From Thermoproteota archaeon (lineage in GTDB: Archaea > Korarchaeota > Korarchaeia > Korarchaeales > Korarchaeaceae): a stretch of 64,000 nt of DNA. Position 1 is the first letter of the stretch, and each line of letters starts with the position of its first letter. The translations under genes and the position numbers were made by a program. Positions 48,802 through 59,875 of the stretch are shown here, one piece after another. The notes beneath the pieces are model-generated. The model ran no database searches, was not told where the DNA came from, and saw nothing but the letters and a program-made list of their open reading frames with translations. Where the stretch lies: NCBI GenBank assembly GCA_026986575.1, contig JALSOH010000009.1, positions 160,001 through 224,000 of the forward strand, in the 5' to 3' direction.

Positions 48802-49944
48802 TTGGCAATGGGATGGAGGTCCCTCTTTCTCCTATTGCTGCTCTTCCTCATCCTTCAAGCGTTCTTTCCTGACATATTTACCCCGAGAATCCGATCTCTA
48901 GCCTTTTCAGGGAAGGATGCTGGCTTATCCAACTCCACATTGCAAGTTCAAGGAAAGGTACTGAGGGAGATTCCCGACACCCTGCTTGTGCTCACCAGAG
49001 AAGGATTGTTGAAGATTTCAGGAGGAAGTGCGGAGGTCCTCAACAAGAATGTTACAGGGTATACTCTAACCCTTTACGGCGATAAGCTTTACACGGGATG
49101 CAGGCCTATGTACGAGATCTCTCTAGGTGGGGACATTCTCAAGGAGATAAATGTGAAAGCCCCCTATTGCCTCACCACAGTACCTCTCCCCGGTGGGAGA
49201 TTCGCCGCGCTCGATAACAAGAATGATAGAGTTTACATACTCGACGGTGAGGGCGGAGTAGTGGCGATCGCCAACCTGACCAACCAGCCCAATGAGCATC
49301 TTCAGAACATGTACGGGATAGTCGTTGGGAATAAGCTCATCGTTTCAGAGGACGGAAATGGCAGGATAATGAGTATGGACCTGAGCACATACGAGGTGTC
49401 CGTACTCAAGGACCTGTCTATGGTAGACCATAAATGGGGACCCATCACCTACGACGACGGCACTTACTACGTAGGTAGTCAGTCCATGTTGTACCGCTTC
49501 AAGGCAGACGGACCTGCAGAACCGGTCGTTGACAAGATATTCGACCACATCACCGGCATAGGCCTTGTTCAGAACAGACTCTACGTGGCTAGGTATGTAG
49601 GGGATATATATGTGGTGTATCTCGATAGCGGAGAGGTGGAGAAGGTCGTTGAGGGCTTGAATAGAGTCATGGATATGGTAGTGATCCCGGGAGCTGGATC
49701 CGGGCCGGGATCTGGAAGTGGAGAAGGGACTACAGCCAAACCATCGCCTAAGCCCGCATCAACCACTGAAATCTCCCACCCAGGTTCGGGTTCTCGACAG
49801 CCCGGTCTCACCACCATCGTCACAACGGTCATAGAGAGTGAGGGGGCCTTTGGACCCATAGAAACCGCCTTACTGGTACTGATAATGGTGCTAGCGGCAA
49901 TCATTACAGTCCTCTATCTCAGAAGGGGAAGGTCATCACCTTAA
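48802..49944 (+). CDS. Secreted beta-propeller protein with S/T/G/P linker and C-terminal TM anchor
   Basis: Signal peptide, propeller-like repeats, low-complexity linker, TM followed by LRRGR. Confidence 0.82.
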   Translation: MAMGWRSLFLLLLLFLILQAFFPDIFTPRIRSLAFSGKDAGLSNSTLQVQGKVLREIPDTLLVLTREGLLKISGGSAEVLNKNVTGYTLTLYGDKLYTGCRPMYEISLGGDILKEINVKAPYCLTTVPLPGGRFAALDNKNDRVYILDGEGGVVAIANLTNQPNEHLQNMYGIVVGNKLIVSEDGNGRIMSMDLSTYEVSVLKDLSMVDHKWGPITYDDGTYYVGSQSMLYRFKADGPAEPVVDKIFDHITGIGLVQNRLYVARYVGDIYVVYLDSGEVEKVVEGLNRVMDMVVIPGAGSGPGSGSGEGTTAKPSPKPASTTEISHPGSGSRQPGLTTIVTTVIESEGAFGPIETALLVLIMVLAAIITVLYLRRGRSSP

Positions 49945-49999
49945 CAATACCCTTAACTTTTCTGACGTGGAATCATGGAAAAAACCGGGGGTGAGGTAA

Positions 50000-51196
50000 C
50001 TAAGAGGGCACTGAGTATACCTTTTCCAATTCCTCCGGTTGAATGATACCATCCATGTCCGTATCATTCCATCCGACGACCACGAGGGTCTTGTCCACCA
50101 ACTTCCAACGGTTTTCCAACACCCATATCAGCGCCGCTCTAGTTCCTACCTTGGTCGTTCCAGCCAGCCTCGCGTTGAAACCACCCTCGCAAGTGAGATG
50201 TACTATGCCGAAATCCCTGTGCTCGTCCGAGATGAACATCGAGTTGTTCATGGTGATCCTGCCTTCACCGAGCTGGATGTTATACTTGCTCCAAGGTTGG
50301 GGTCTGACTGCCAGCCAACCGACGAACATCACATTTCCCTCTTCCCCTAGTCCGGCCTTCCCGGAGAGGTTCCCTAGGATATCTGAATTATATTCAAGGT
50401 CCTCGCTGTATCCCCTGTATTTGGCGGATCTGGGCCATCCATCGGGCAATGGACACGTTTTAATGGGCTGTGGCATGGGAATGCTGACCGTAACATGTCT
50501 CTCTTTCTTGTTGAAGTGAGCTACAGCTTTGTGATCGCTGTTCATCTTGATAGAAAGCTTCTTAGTGTACTTGGCGACTCCATCGAGTGTCCAGTGACTG
50601 AATTCCCATCCAGCGTGGGCATTGGGATTGAGGGTCACAACAAAGCCGTGAGAGAGGGTGTGGACTCCCACACCGTAGGGGCTCACTTCACCCGATCCCA
50701 CCGGGTCCACCGCCACCGTCAAGCGGTGTCCGGTCCTCTTCAGGTAGAGGGTAACCTTCGCTGACGACCCCTCGTTGATGTACACGTAAGCCCTGTTACC
50801 AGTTATAACCACGCTGGTGAGTTCCCTTGATGGTTGGGTACCGGAAATCATCGCCTCGACCGTACCTATACCGTCTGTGATGTCTCCACCGTAGGATAGG
50901 GATACCACCCAGTGATCGAAGGAGTACCCAGAACAGGGATGTGGTGTGAGTCGGTACCAGAGAGAAGGCTCCACTAGGGTTGTATCGCCGTGTCCGTAGG
51001 TCCCTGCTGGACTATAGGGTCCTGAAAGCGAGGAGGAGACCTCCATCTCTATGGGATCGCACGCCGTGATCGCGGTCCCGGCGCTCACCTCCTTCACTCC
51101 AAAGCCGATGTCAGAAACATTGATGACTATGGCTAGCCCGGTTAACGGGGTGACCAAGAGGATCGCTACTAAGGTTGCCACCAAAATGCGCTCCAT
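50000..51196 (-). CDS. Surface protein: 2 InlB-B/Flg_new-like repeats plus S-layer-like C-terminal domain
   Basis: Signal peptide; GYSFDHW, GWEFSHW; LAGTTKVGTRAALIWVL...WNDTDMDG. Confidence 0.85.
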   Translation of the reverse strand: MERILVATLVAILLVTPLTGLAIVINVSDIGFGVKEVSAGTAITACDPIEMEVSSSLSGPYSPAGTYGHGDTTLVEPSLWYRLTPHPCSGYSFDHWVVSLSYGGDITDGIGTVEAMISGTQPSRELTSVVITGNRAYVYINEGSSAKVTLYLKRTGHRLTVAVDPVGSGEVSPYGVGVHTLSHGFVVTLNPNAHAGWEFSHWTLDGVAKYTKKLSIKMNSDHKAVAHFNKKERHVTVSIPMPQPIKTCPLPDGWPRSAKYRGYSEDLEYNSDILGNLSGKAGLGEEGNVMFVGWLAVRPQPWSKYNIQLGEGRITMNNSMFISDEHRDFGIVHLTCEGGFNARLAGTTKVGTRAALIWVLENRWKLVDKTLVVVGWNDTDMDGIIQPEELEKVYSVPS

Positions 51197-51474
51197 CGCT
51201 ATCTAAGATTGAATGAGCATTAAAGTAATAAAGTTTTCTGTTGGAAATTTTATATGGAAAATATCATCATCTCTTTTGGGAAATCAATTTAATTTAGTAA
51301 ATGTCTATTTTGATTTACAAATAAGCGTTCGCAAAGACCTATCAAGACACATTCTGGGTCTTCTAATGGGTTGCGAAGTTGAAGATGAGCCGCAAGCAGT
51401 TCCCACAGCGGGAGCATCAGATGATTGCTTGAAGGACATCCGATCTGATTCGTAAAAAAGAGGAGAAGAGGGGA

Positions 51475-54045
51475 TCACGGAACCTCATACACCACTGTGA
51501 TCTCCCCGTCCTGCACCTGATGGTCATAGTTGGCATCGATCCATTCAACCACTATAAGCAGCTTACCGCTTGCCTCGTCCGGATGATTCAGCAGCCACAT
51601 AAGCGCGGCCCTAGTCCCGAACCTGTTTACGCCCGCGACCCTCACCACCATGTTGTCGCAGTCGAAGAGTATCGCGCCATAGTCCTTCTCTCCATATGTC
51701 GCTGTGTACACTTGATCCTTGACCCTCAGAGTGTTGTCCTCGAAGTAGACCTCGTACTGCTCCCATGGATACGGGATCACGTTAGGTCCACCGAGCACGA
51801 TCACCTTCTTCTCCTCACTAGGTCCTGCCTTACCCGCCAGTCTGCTCAGCAGGTCCTGATTGAACTGAATGTCCTCGTACATGCCCCTGTACTTCATCTC
51901 CTTCGGAAATCCGAAGGGCAGGATGCATCCCTCGTAAACCGGTGCTGCGACAGGGATAGTTGGAGAAGGCGGTGGCGTTTCCCTCTCCTTGAAGTGCGCA
52001 ATGACCTCGTGATCCCTGTTCATGGAGAAGGTCAGGGTGAGGCCAGATCCCCTGTTGGAGCCATCGAGCTCCCAGTGATCGAACTCGAAGCCAGCATGCG
52101 CGGTTGGATTGAGGCTGATAACCGTGCCTCTATCTATCTGGTAAGTGCCGACGTGGTAGGTGTGAGTGTCTCCAGCGGTAGAGGGGTTCGCCTTTATGGT
52201 GAGAGTGTACTGCTTCCAGTACACGGCCTTTATGGTACGGTCGTCGTTCATGGAGAAGGTGCTGCCGGACCAATGGGAGCCGTCCAGCTCCCAGTGATCG
52301 AACCTGTAGCCAGGGCACGAGCGATAGCTGGGAGATACATCCGTTCCTCTGTAGAGATCTGTCACGCTATCTCCATCGCCGTAGTCACCGTCGGGATCGG
52401 GTGGATTGTTCTGCGCACCAGCTGGGGGTGAGAAGTCCATGTGCACCGTGCATCCCACAGGGGCACCGAGTTCGTCTCTGACCTGAACATCCAGATCCAC
52501 CAGTTTCCAATAAACCGCCCCCAGGGTCTTATCTCCGTCCATGGTGAAGGAGCATGCCCCCGTTCCGGAGCAAGGCCCACTCCAGTGATCGAAGTTGTAG
52601 CCACTGTAGGAGTTAGGTGAGGCAGTGATCTCCGTGCCGATGTCCATGGTCAGGGAATCCGAGTTGTCGTAATCTCCATCGCTGGGGATGTTGGGGTTGT
52701 GAGCTCCAGCAGGCGCGGTGAATGAGAGGTGTAAACTAGCCCCAACGGAGCCTCCTAAATCGTCCTCTATGTCGAAGTCGAGGGTCACCTGCTTCCAGTA
52801 CACAGCCTTTATGGTGATGTCGCTATCTCCCACAGTGATCCCAGCTCCAGGGTCACCGCTCGCACCGCTCAGCTCCCAATGATCAAAGCGGTAACCTGAG
52901 CATGTGCCTGGGCTTGCAGTTATCACCGTGTACTTGTACACATCCCTCAACGATGCACCATCAGCGTACCAGCCACTGTAATCGGGTGCCTGTTCTGCAT
53001 TATCCGGCAGGGTGAACTGCAGCCTCACCTTGCATGAAGAGGGCATGCTGGCTCCGTCCTGATCCACGACCTCCACATTCACGTCAACCACTTTCCAGAA
53101 GAAAGCTGCCGCGGCCTTATCCTCGGTCATGGTTAAGGTGCAGTCGCCTGTACCGGTGCAGTCGCCGGTGGTATGGCCGTTCCAGGTCCCCCAGTGGTCG
53201 AACACTCTTTGACCGCATGGCGTGTTCGGGCTGAGCGTGATGGTCGTACCGTCATCGTACACCAGAGTATCTCCGTGGTAAGCATCCGACTTCCCGTTGT
53301 TATCGGCAGGTCTCGCGTGAATGGAGCATCCAGAGAGTGGGAAACCGTCCTCATCACCTATTTTCACCTCAAGTCTCCAGGTCTTCACGAAGACCGCCGT
53401 CAGTGTGTGATCTCCATCCATGGTCACGGTGATGCTCGTATCAGTACCTGCATTGCTTCCATCCAGCACCCAGTGATCGAAGCGGTAGCCTGAGTTAGGA
53501 CTGGCTGTTACGGTGACCTCCGTTCCCTCGTCGTACGTGAGAGTGCCGTCCGCCCCGGAAACTAGGTTGCGACCGTTCACATCGCTCGGTTTGGCCTTGA
53601 CCCTTCCGGCATCGTCGGGATCGATATCGATGTAGAGATCCGCCCTCTGCTTCTTCAGATATAGGGTGGCCTCACCCACGCTTCCTTTAAGCTTGTACTC
53701 TAGGACTCCACCGCTGTTCCTTATCACATCAACGTTACCGGATGCCTTCCAGTGATCGAAATCATAACCGGCGCATTCTCCCGGCCTGTAAGTGAACCTG
53801 TAATAGCCCTTGCCCCTGTATGCCGTTTGGCCGTCCATGAAGTTACCGACTAACTGGTACGAATCGCCCTCGTGTTCCTTGAACTCGACCTTCACAGCCT
53901 TGCATCCGGTCACATGCCGGCCCGTCTCGACATCCTTGACGTGCACATTGGAGTGACAAGCGGATGCCTGCTGGAGGATGAGCACGCTGCCCAACAAAAG
54001 GAGGGCTAGTCCCAGCATCACAAGACGACGTAATTCCACTGTCAT
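51475..54045 (-). CDS. Surface protein: 7 InlB-B/Flg_new-like repeats plus S-layer-like C-terminal domain
   Basis: Seven FDHW repeats; GGP, DYGAI, VAGVNRFGTRAALMWL...WIDANYD. Confidence 0.88.
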   Translation of the reverse strand: MTVELRRLVMLGLALLLLGSVLILQQASACHSNVHVKDVETGRHVTGCKAVKVEFKEHEGDSYQLVGNFMDGQTAYRGKGYYRFTYRPGECAGYDFDHWKASGNVDVIRNSGGVLEYKLKGSVGEATLYLKKQRADLYIDIDPDDAGRVKAKPSDVNGRNLVSGADGTLTYDEGTEVTVTASPNSGYRFDHWVLDGSNAGTDTSITVTMDGDHTLTAVFVKTWRLEVKIGDEDGFPLSGCSIHARPADNNGKSDAYHGDTLVYDDGTTITLSPNTPCGQRVFDHWGTWNGHTTGDCTGTGDCTLTMTEDKAAAAFFWKVVDVNVEVVDQDGASMPSSCKVRLQFTLPDNAEQAPDYSGWYADGASLRDVYKYTVITASPGTCSGYRFDHWELSGASGDPGAGITVGDSDITIKAVYWKQVTLDFDIEDDLGGSVGASLHLSFTAPAGAHNPNIPSDGDYDNSDSLTMDIGTEITASPNSYSGYNFDHWSGPCSGTGACSFTMDGDKTLGAVYWKLVDLDVQVRDELGAPVGCTVHMDFSPPAGAQNNPPDPDGDYGDGDSVTDLYRGTDVSPSYRSCPGYRFDHWELDGSHWSGSTFSMNDDRTIKAVYWKQYTLTIKANPSTAGDTHTYHVGTYQIDRGTVISLNPTAHAGFEFDHWELDGSNRGSGLTLTFSMNRDHEVIAHFKERETPPPSPTIPVAAPVYEGCILPFGFPKEMKYRGMYEDIQFNQDLLSRLAGKAGPSEEKKVIVLGGPNVIPYPWEQYEVYFEDNTLRVKDQVYTATYGEKDYGAILFDCDNMVVRVAGVNRFGTRAALMWLLNHPDEASGKLLIVVEWIDANYDHQVQDGEITVVYEVP

Positions 54046-54283
54046 AGAAAGTAACCTAAAAATTCGTAGAAAGTGTTCTTATAAGTCTTTTGGTTAAATT
54101 AACTCCGAAATCTATAGTCCGAATTCAAGTTCGTACGAGCTCTCGTGAGGCCGAGGGGAATAAAGCTTCTCATGGATCGACCAGTTTCAGGAAGATCGTG
54201 GGACCAGATGCGACGAATTCTTGGAGATAGTAAGAAGGAGCGGAGGAATAGAAACTGATAATTCTCACGCATGGATGCATTTA

Positions 54284-55105
54284 CTACCACTCAACAATGG
54301 GAGAGATCTCCCAGTATTCGACCTCACCATTGTCATTTAGGTCAATCCACTCCAGTATAATGAGATCTTTACCGACAAGAAATTCATACTCCTTGAGCAA
54401 CCAGATCAGTCCAGCTCTGGTCCCGTATCTGGTGATTCCAGCTATTCGAATGTCCCCATCATCTTTTATCAGTATGACAGCGTAGTCCCTTTTACCAAAA
54501 ACAGCATTGAATCTATCATCCGCTACCACGAGGGAGCACTCTTGGAAGGACACATTATAGTTCCCCCAAGGGAAAGGGATAGCCATCGGGCCCCCTAGAT
54601 ACAAGACTCTGCTACCATTACCTTTTAAGTCGCCTATAAGATCTCCATTTAGGGATAAATCGATCTCTCCAGCGACCAACCTGTAATCCATCGGAAATCT
54701 CCATTCAGCGCCTCCGGCCATGCTTCCCGCTCCCTTTTCGTCTCCCTCACTCGAACTCACACTCTTCAAAGGAGCGACGAGGGTTTCTTTAACGAATAAA
54801 GCTCTCAAGAGGTGGTCTTCACTCATCTCAATCCTTATGATAGGTGAGTTCCTCCCGACCCTCTTGCCATCGATCTCCCACTGGTAGAAAACGTAGCCCT
54901 CGGCGGGTTCCGCCCTAACGGTGACTACCTGTCCTTCATCATATGAGTGAATGCCGGGTGGGGGAAGTGTGGTGCCCTCACCCACGACGATTATCTCCAA
55001 CGTGTGTGGGCCGGATGCCACAGTCTTAGGTACATATGCGATCAAAGATAGCAGCACCGCGACCACGATGACGACAGGGCCGAGTATACTGATTTTTCTT
55101 AGCAT
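54284..55105 (-). CDS. Surface protein: 1 repeat plus S-layer-like C-terminal domain
   Basis: GYVFYQW; GGP, DYAVI, IAGITRYGTRAGLIWL...WIDLNDNG. Confidence 0.85.
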   Translation of the reverse strand: MLRKISILGPVVIVVAVLLSLIAYVPKTVASGPHTLEIIVVGEGTTLPPPGIHSYDEGQVVTVRAEPAEGYVFYQWEIDGKRVGRNSPIIRIEMSEDHLLRALFVKETLVAPLKSVSSSEGDEKGAGSMAGGAEWRFPMDYRLVAGEIDLSLNGDLIGDLKGNGSRVLYLGGPMAIPFPWGNYNVSFQECSLVVADDRFNAVFGKRDYAVILIKDDGDIRIAGITRYGTRAGLIWLLKEYEFLVGKDLIILEWIDLNDNGEVEYWEISPIVEW

Positions 55106-55583
55106 CGCTATTTCTGAAATTTAGGTGGTAGGGTAGTAGATTTAAAGATATCCCAAGACGCCCATCGAGTGGAAGGGAATAGGACCTTCTCTTTTTTCAT
55201 CATAACGGACGTTTAAAGTAACCAACTTCTCTATTCCATTTGAGGAAAACTACATGTCTCCACGGCTGGTGGTCCATTACGAACACAGATAGTAACCAGC
55301 TTGATGAAAGGACATCTACTCAAAGGACTTGCAGTCATAGGAGCGGAGGGGCCGATCCTGCTCTCGATGATTAGAGCGGACCTGTAAGCGATAAAGCCCC
55401 CGGTCACGTCGGTCCCCATTCTTCATGGAGTGTCTTCGCGTAAAATATTTTATCGGCTCTTCCCGACTCACCGCGATTCTCCTCCCCATGAGACACACAA
55501 CGTTCCACATTTCGTTGAATTACTTCGAAAAAAATGTAGTTTAAGGAAATATTTTTATTACATCACCGGTACAATCTTAAACG

Positions 55584-56738
55584 GTGGTGCGAGTAGGCTC
55601 CCTGCGCGTCTTGGCGATCGTTGCGGTGCTCTTTGCTTCCCTACTTCTTATAGGTCTGTTATCCTCCTTTGGGGCACCAAAAAGTTGTTCTTCAACGACG
55701 ACTGTCACAATACATGATGAGGACGAAGTCTCGAAGCTCAGAGAGGAAAACGAGAAATTGAGGAATGAAATAGCGAGATTGAGGGCCGAGATACAGGACC
55801 TCAAATCGAAGTTATCGGCTCTAAGGGAAGGTAAGATTGGGTGGAATGAGACCAGCACTAGGACTGAATCCATTAACCTAGAGGACCGCGTTCGCGAGCT
55901 CTCCGATAGAATGCAGAAATTGAATGAGAGCTACCGCAGCCTCAGGATGAAGTATGACGAACTGCTGCAGAAATACAACGAGCTCAAGACGGAGCATGAG
56001 CAGCTCAAGAGGAAGTACAACGACTTGCTGTCTAGGTATGAGAACCTGAGCGAGAGCATGAGCGTTCTGAAGAGATACAGATCCTCAGCCGTGGTCGTGA
56101 GGAGTTACGTGAAGGAGGCCAGAGATTTCCTGAACACAAGCACGTACAAGGAAGAGTTCTACGATTGGAGATTATGGATGATAGGCGAGAACTATAACTC
56201 CCAGATGAGGGGCGCCGTGGCCAACAGGAGCATCGCCAAGATATTCGCCCTCATGGTGGAGAGGGATCTCAAATACAACCACGAATTGTACAGGAAGATG
56301 TTGGAGGAATGGCTTCGTTACCATCCCGCCAATGACACCGTGCCCCTCGCTAATGAGGTTGCCAGGCTGTTCTATTCGTTGGATCACCGGTACGCAGTTC
56401 CGGGGAAGGATGAGCCCAACGCTGAACTGCCCCTGTTTCCTATCGAGCTGCTCGCCTACGGTCTGGGCGACTGTGAGGATCACGCCATGTTGATGGCGGC
56501 CCTCTACAAGGTTGCCGGGATAAGGACGGCGATAGTCGTTGTGAAGGATCACACCGATGTCGCGATAGACATCAACGGTTCATGGATTTTCCTGGAGTCG
56601 TCCCTGCATAAATCCGATCAGGAGGACATGCCCAGTGGATTCTACTCGAGCGTAACCATCTGGGAGCTCCAGAAGGAGTTCAGGGAGAGATGGGGGGGAT
56701 ATCCGGCCTACTTCGTGGAGGTAGGATCGGAAAGCTGA
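55584..56738 (+). CDS. Membrane-anchored coiled-coil protein with transglutaminase-like domain
   Basis: N-terminal TM, long heptad region, P.E.L....GDCED.A, H, W.F.E. Confidence 0.85.
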   Translation: MVRVGSLRVLAIVAVLFASLLLIGLLSSFGAPKSCSSTTTVTIHDEDEVSKLREENEKLRNEIARLRAEIQDLKSKLSALREGKIGWNETSTRTESINLEDRVRELSDRMQKLNESYRSLRMKYDELLQKYNELKTEHEQLKRKYNDLLSRYENLSESMSVLKRYRSSAVVVRSYVKEARDFLNTSTYKEEFYDWRLWMIGENYNSQMRGAVANRSIAKIFALMVERDLKYNHELYRKMLEEWLRYHPANDTVPLANEVARLFYSLDHRYAVPGKDEPNAELPLFPIELLAYGLGDCEDHAMLMAALYKVAGIRTAIVVVKDHTDVAIDINGSWIFLESSLHKSDQEDMPSGFYSSVTIWELQKEFRERWGGYPAYFVEVGSES

Positions 56739-56865
56739 ATAATCCGTCTCCCGAACTTATCCCCCGTCGGGGATCAATCGAGCCCCGATCCCGTCTCGAC
56801 CTTCGATGGCCACCAAGCAAAGGCAATACCTTCATTTTTAACTAAACCATCCCGGGAGAAGCTCG

Positions 56866-57996
56866 ATGGAGAATCGGAAGCTGGTGGTGAACCTTGCATC
56901 CGTGGCTCTCTACTTCCTCTCTCTATGGCTCGTAGCTTCCGTACTCGCTCGTTACGCTAGGGACCTAGGAATAGGTCTCACGGAGATAAGCGTGGTTTGG
57001 TCAGCTATCTCGCTGGTCACTCTGGTTATGAGGCCCATAACTGGCTACTTAGCGGACAGGTGGTCGAGCAATGCGACCATGTTCATAGGCTCCGTCTTTT
57101 CACTCCTGTCCTCGATCATCTTCCTACATGCATCCAACTTCACGTCGCTACTTATGGGGAGGGTTGTGCAGGGCTTGGGTAACTCTTTCTTCATCGCTCC
57201 CTCAGCCGTGGCCGTGGCATCCAGCGCATCCAGTGTGGGCCTCGCTCTGGGCCTCAGATCCATGCTCATATCCCTTGGAGGTGTACTGGGACCTCCGGCG
57301 GCTGGACTGCTGGTTGACTCCTTCGGTTACTGGGCGGTCTTCACCCTAGCTGCGATATCCTCACTGATCATAGCCGCGATGAATGTCCGCATGAGAGGTG
57401 AAACCAGCGAGAGGAGGAGGGGAAGGGCCGGATGGGGAGACGCCGTAGGTGGGGTCGTTCTCCTTACCATGTCCCTGGCCGCCTTGGGTGGGGCCGCCCT
57501 GATGGTCATCTTGGAACTGGTTCAAGTCCACTACAGGGATCTCGGCTACGGAGCTTCCATCTTCGGGTACTTCAGCATGTTCTTCGGAGCCGCTGGCCTC
57601 ATATCAAGGTACCTGTCGGGGAGGATGGCAGAGAGCAGACCCATGGCTGCCATATCTCTAGGTTACGGGATCATGCTACTCTCACTCGTGGCCCTCTCTA
57701 TCTGGTACATCCCTCCACTGAGCTACGGTATCGCCGCCCTGTTTGGCTTGGGCCTCGGATTCACGGTTCCGGCCCAACAGTACGTGACCATTGAGTTGGT
57801 CCCTGAGGGTGCGAGAAATAGGGCAATGGCCCTATACTCTATGGGGGCCGACGTGGGTCGCTTCTCAGGTCCCATAGTCATGAGCTTCGTCGCCTCGCTG
57901 TCGGATTACTCCCGAGCATATCTCTTCACGGCCTTGTTTCCCCTAGCATCGGCCCCCATGCTGATCATGCTGTCGAGGAGGATGAGGGATGCGTGA
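56866..57996 (+). CDS. MFS transporter
   Basis: G.LADRW motif A, GR..QG.G, 12 TM. Confidence 0.92.
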   Translation: MENRKLVVNLASVALYFLSLWLVASVLARYARDLGIGLTEISVVWSAISLVTLVMRPITGYLADRWSSNATMFIGSVFSLLSSIIFLHASNFTSLLMGRVVQGLGNSFFIAPSAVAVASSASSVGLALGLRSMLISLGGVLGPPAAGLLVDSFGYWAVFTLAAISSLIIAAMNVRMRGETSERRRGRAGWGDAVGGVVLLTMSLAALGGAALMVILELVQVHYRDLGYGASIFGYFSMFFGAAGLISRYLSGRMAESRPMAAISLGYGIMLLSLVALSIWYIPPLSYGIAALFGLGLGFTVPAQQYVTIELVPEGARNRAMALYSMGADVGRFSGPIVMSFVASLSDYSRAYLFTALFPLASAPMLIMLSRRMRDA

Positions 57997-59845
57997 ACTC
58001 CAAGGTAAAAGGCTCTACCTCCGCATTCTGGGATCCTGCATCAGGATCTTAGAGGAGTACCTCGACCTCAGCGATCTCCAATCTCTGAAAATCCCGCTCT
58101 TGAGCGAACTACCACGAGAGGTTGTGGAGAGGGCCAGGGAGGAGAGACCCCTGTCCCTGCATCGATGCCAGCTCATGGTTCAGAGGACCGTTGGTTCAGA
58201 TAGGAGGAGGGAACTGGCCGTGTACTACTCGAAGGACGAGGCGCTCCGGCTCATGGAGGAGGCGCTGGACTTGGTGGAGGGCGACATAGTGCTGGGCGAT
58301 CCCTTCATGGGTTCCGGGAGAACGCTCTCCCACCTATTGTCTCTGGCTAAGGATAGGGTAATCAAGGTGTGGGGTGTGGAGAGGCTCCATCTACCGGCGT
58401 TGGTAGCGTTCACCTCTCTCCTCCATATCTTGGAGGGTGAAGGGGGAATCTTGGATGTGAGGGTGGGGGATGCCTTCACCATGTATCTCAGGGGGGAGCT
58501 CCCATCTTCCAACCTGATAGCCACTAATCCGCCCTTCACCAGGTGGGACAAGCTTCCTGAGGATTACAGGAGGGCGCTGGTGGAAACATTCAGGAGAACC
58601 CATCCGGAGTTCGTGGGTAGGGGATCCATCAGCCTCCAAGCCCTAGCGATGCTACTGATCGACGGCATTCTCGAGGACGGGGGTGTTGTGGCGACAGTGC
58701 TCCCAGCTTCCACATTTTACACGATATACGGGAGGGGGTACAAGAGGCTCCTCAGGGAGAGCTATCACTTGGCGCTGCTGGCTGAAGGACGGGACTCCTT
58801 CTCTGAGGGAAGTGGATTCAAGGAGCTGGTACTCGTGGCTATAAAAGGAGCGAGAAGAGGCCTTACAAAGGTCCTGAACGCGTCGGGTAAACGCTCTCTC
58901 CTCGACTTGAGGGAAATACCCACATTCTTTGACAGGAATTGGCTGTCCCTCTTCGACCGGGATCTTCGCGATCTCGTGCTCAAGTTCGTTGGTCCGGCAC
59001 TCAGGGCCGGGACCCTCGTGAGGCTCTCGGATTTGGGAGTGCGAGTGGTCAGGGGAGTTGAGATGTATGGCCCCCAGTTCTTCTTCCTCCCCAACGGGTA
59101 CTGGGATCTCAAGCCGGGCGACTCGGACTTCATCCTCTCTGACGGTCGGGAGCTTAGGATAGGCGGGAAATACTTGGTGAAAGCCCTGAGGAGGCCATCC
59201 CTGTACTCAAGCTCAATAGAGGTGGATGTAGGGACCTATTTGCTCGCCGTGCCCCCCGTACCATTGGAGGACCTTCCAAGGGACTTGGTGGAATTCATCA
59301 GGTGGGGCTTGGAGGAAGGCACCGCCGCCCCGGCAGTCAAATCTAAAGGAAGCAGGTGGTACAGCCATGTCTGGAGACAGCTCAGGACTAAGAAGCCCTT
59401 CGGATACCTCTTCCTCCCCGACAAGGTGGGCGATCCCCTTAGGAGATCCTCCTTGGCCAACCTGACGGGAGAGAAAGTGACAGCCTCCAAGAACTTCTAC
59501 ATTGTGATCACGAGTAGGATGAGGTCTTTGATGTTGGCAGCGTGGTACAACAGCACGTTCTTCGCTTCGCTGCTCACGCTCATGGGTAGGAAGATATCGG
59601 GGAGGTGGACCCGCTTCCTCCTCGCTGACTACTTGGAGATGCCTGTGCCGAGGGGGGAGGATGAAGGAGTAATAAGCGCCTTCAGGGAGCTCTCGAAGGA
59701 CCCGAGGCCTATTGAAGAGGAATTATCCGCCGAGGGAAGCAGGTATCGTCTGGATATGGCCCTAGGCAGGGCTCTATCTGTACCAAAGGTGGACCGGCTA
59801 CTGGAATCACTGTATTCGAAACTGGCGGACCTAGCGATGGAGTGA
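57989..59845 (+). CDS. Amino-DNA methyltransferase (gamma-type order), orphan in this window
   Basis: Motif I DPFMGSG, motif IV NPPF, C-terminal TRD-like region. Confidence 0.82.
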   Translation: MRELQGKRLYLRILGSCIRILEEYLDLSDLQSLKIPLLSELPREVVERAREERPLSLHRCQLMVQRTVGSDRRRELAVYYSKDEALRLMEEALDLVEGDIVLGDPFMGSGRTLSHLLSLAKDRVIKVWGVERLHLPALVAFTSLLHILEGEGGILDVRVGDAFTMYLRGELPSSNLIATNPPFTRWDKLPEDYRRALVETFRRTHPEFVGRGSISLQALAMLLIDGILEDGGVVATVLPASTFYTIYGRGYKRLLRESYHLALLAEGRDSFSEGSGFKELVLVAIKGARRGLTKVLNASGKRSLLDLREIPTFFDRNWLSLFDRDLRDLVLKFVGPALRAGTLVRLSDLGVRVVRGVEMYGPQFFFLPNGYWDLKPGDSDFILSDGRELRIGGKYLVKALRRPSLYSSSIEVDVGTYLLAVPPVPLEDLPRDLVEFIRWGLEEGTAAPAVKSKGSRWYSHVWRQLRTKKPFGYLFLPDKVGDPLRRSSLANLTGEKVTASKNFYIVITSRMRSLMLAAWYNSTFFASLLTLMGRKISGRWTRFLLADYLEMPVPRGEDEGVISAFRELSKDPRPIEEELSAEGSRYRLDMALGRALSVPKVDRLLESLYSKLADLAME

Positions 59846-59875
59846 TTTTTAGGGTATTATGGAGGGGGCGGGCAC

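Noticed and set aside
50000-55105. Diversity-generating retroelement targets
   Set aside because: No reverse transcriptase and no template/variable repeat pair; the repeats are diverged protein domains
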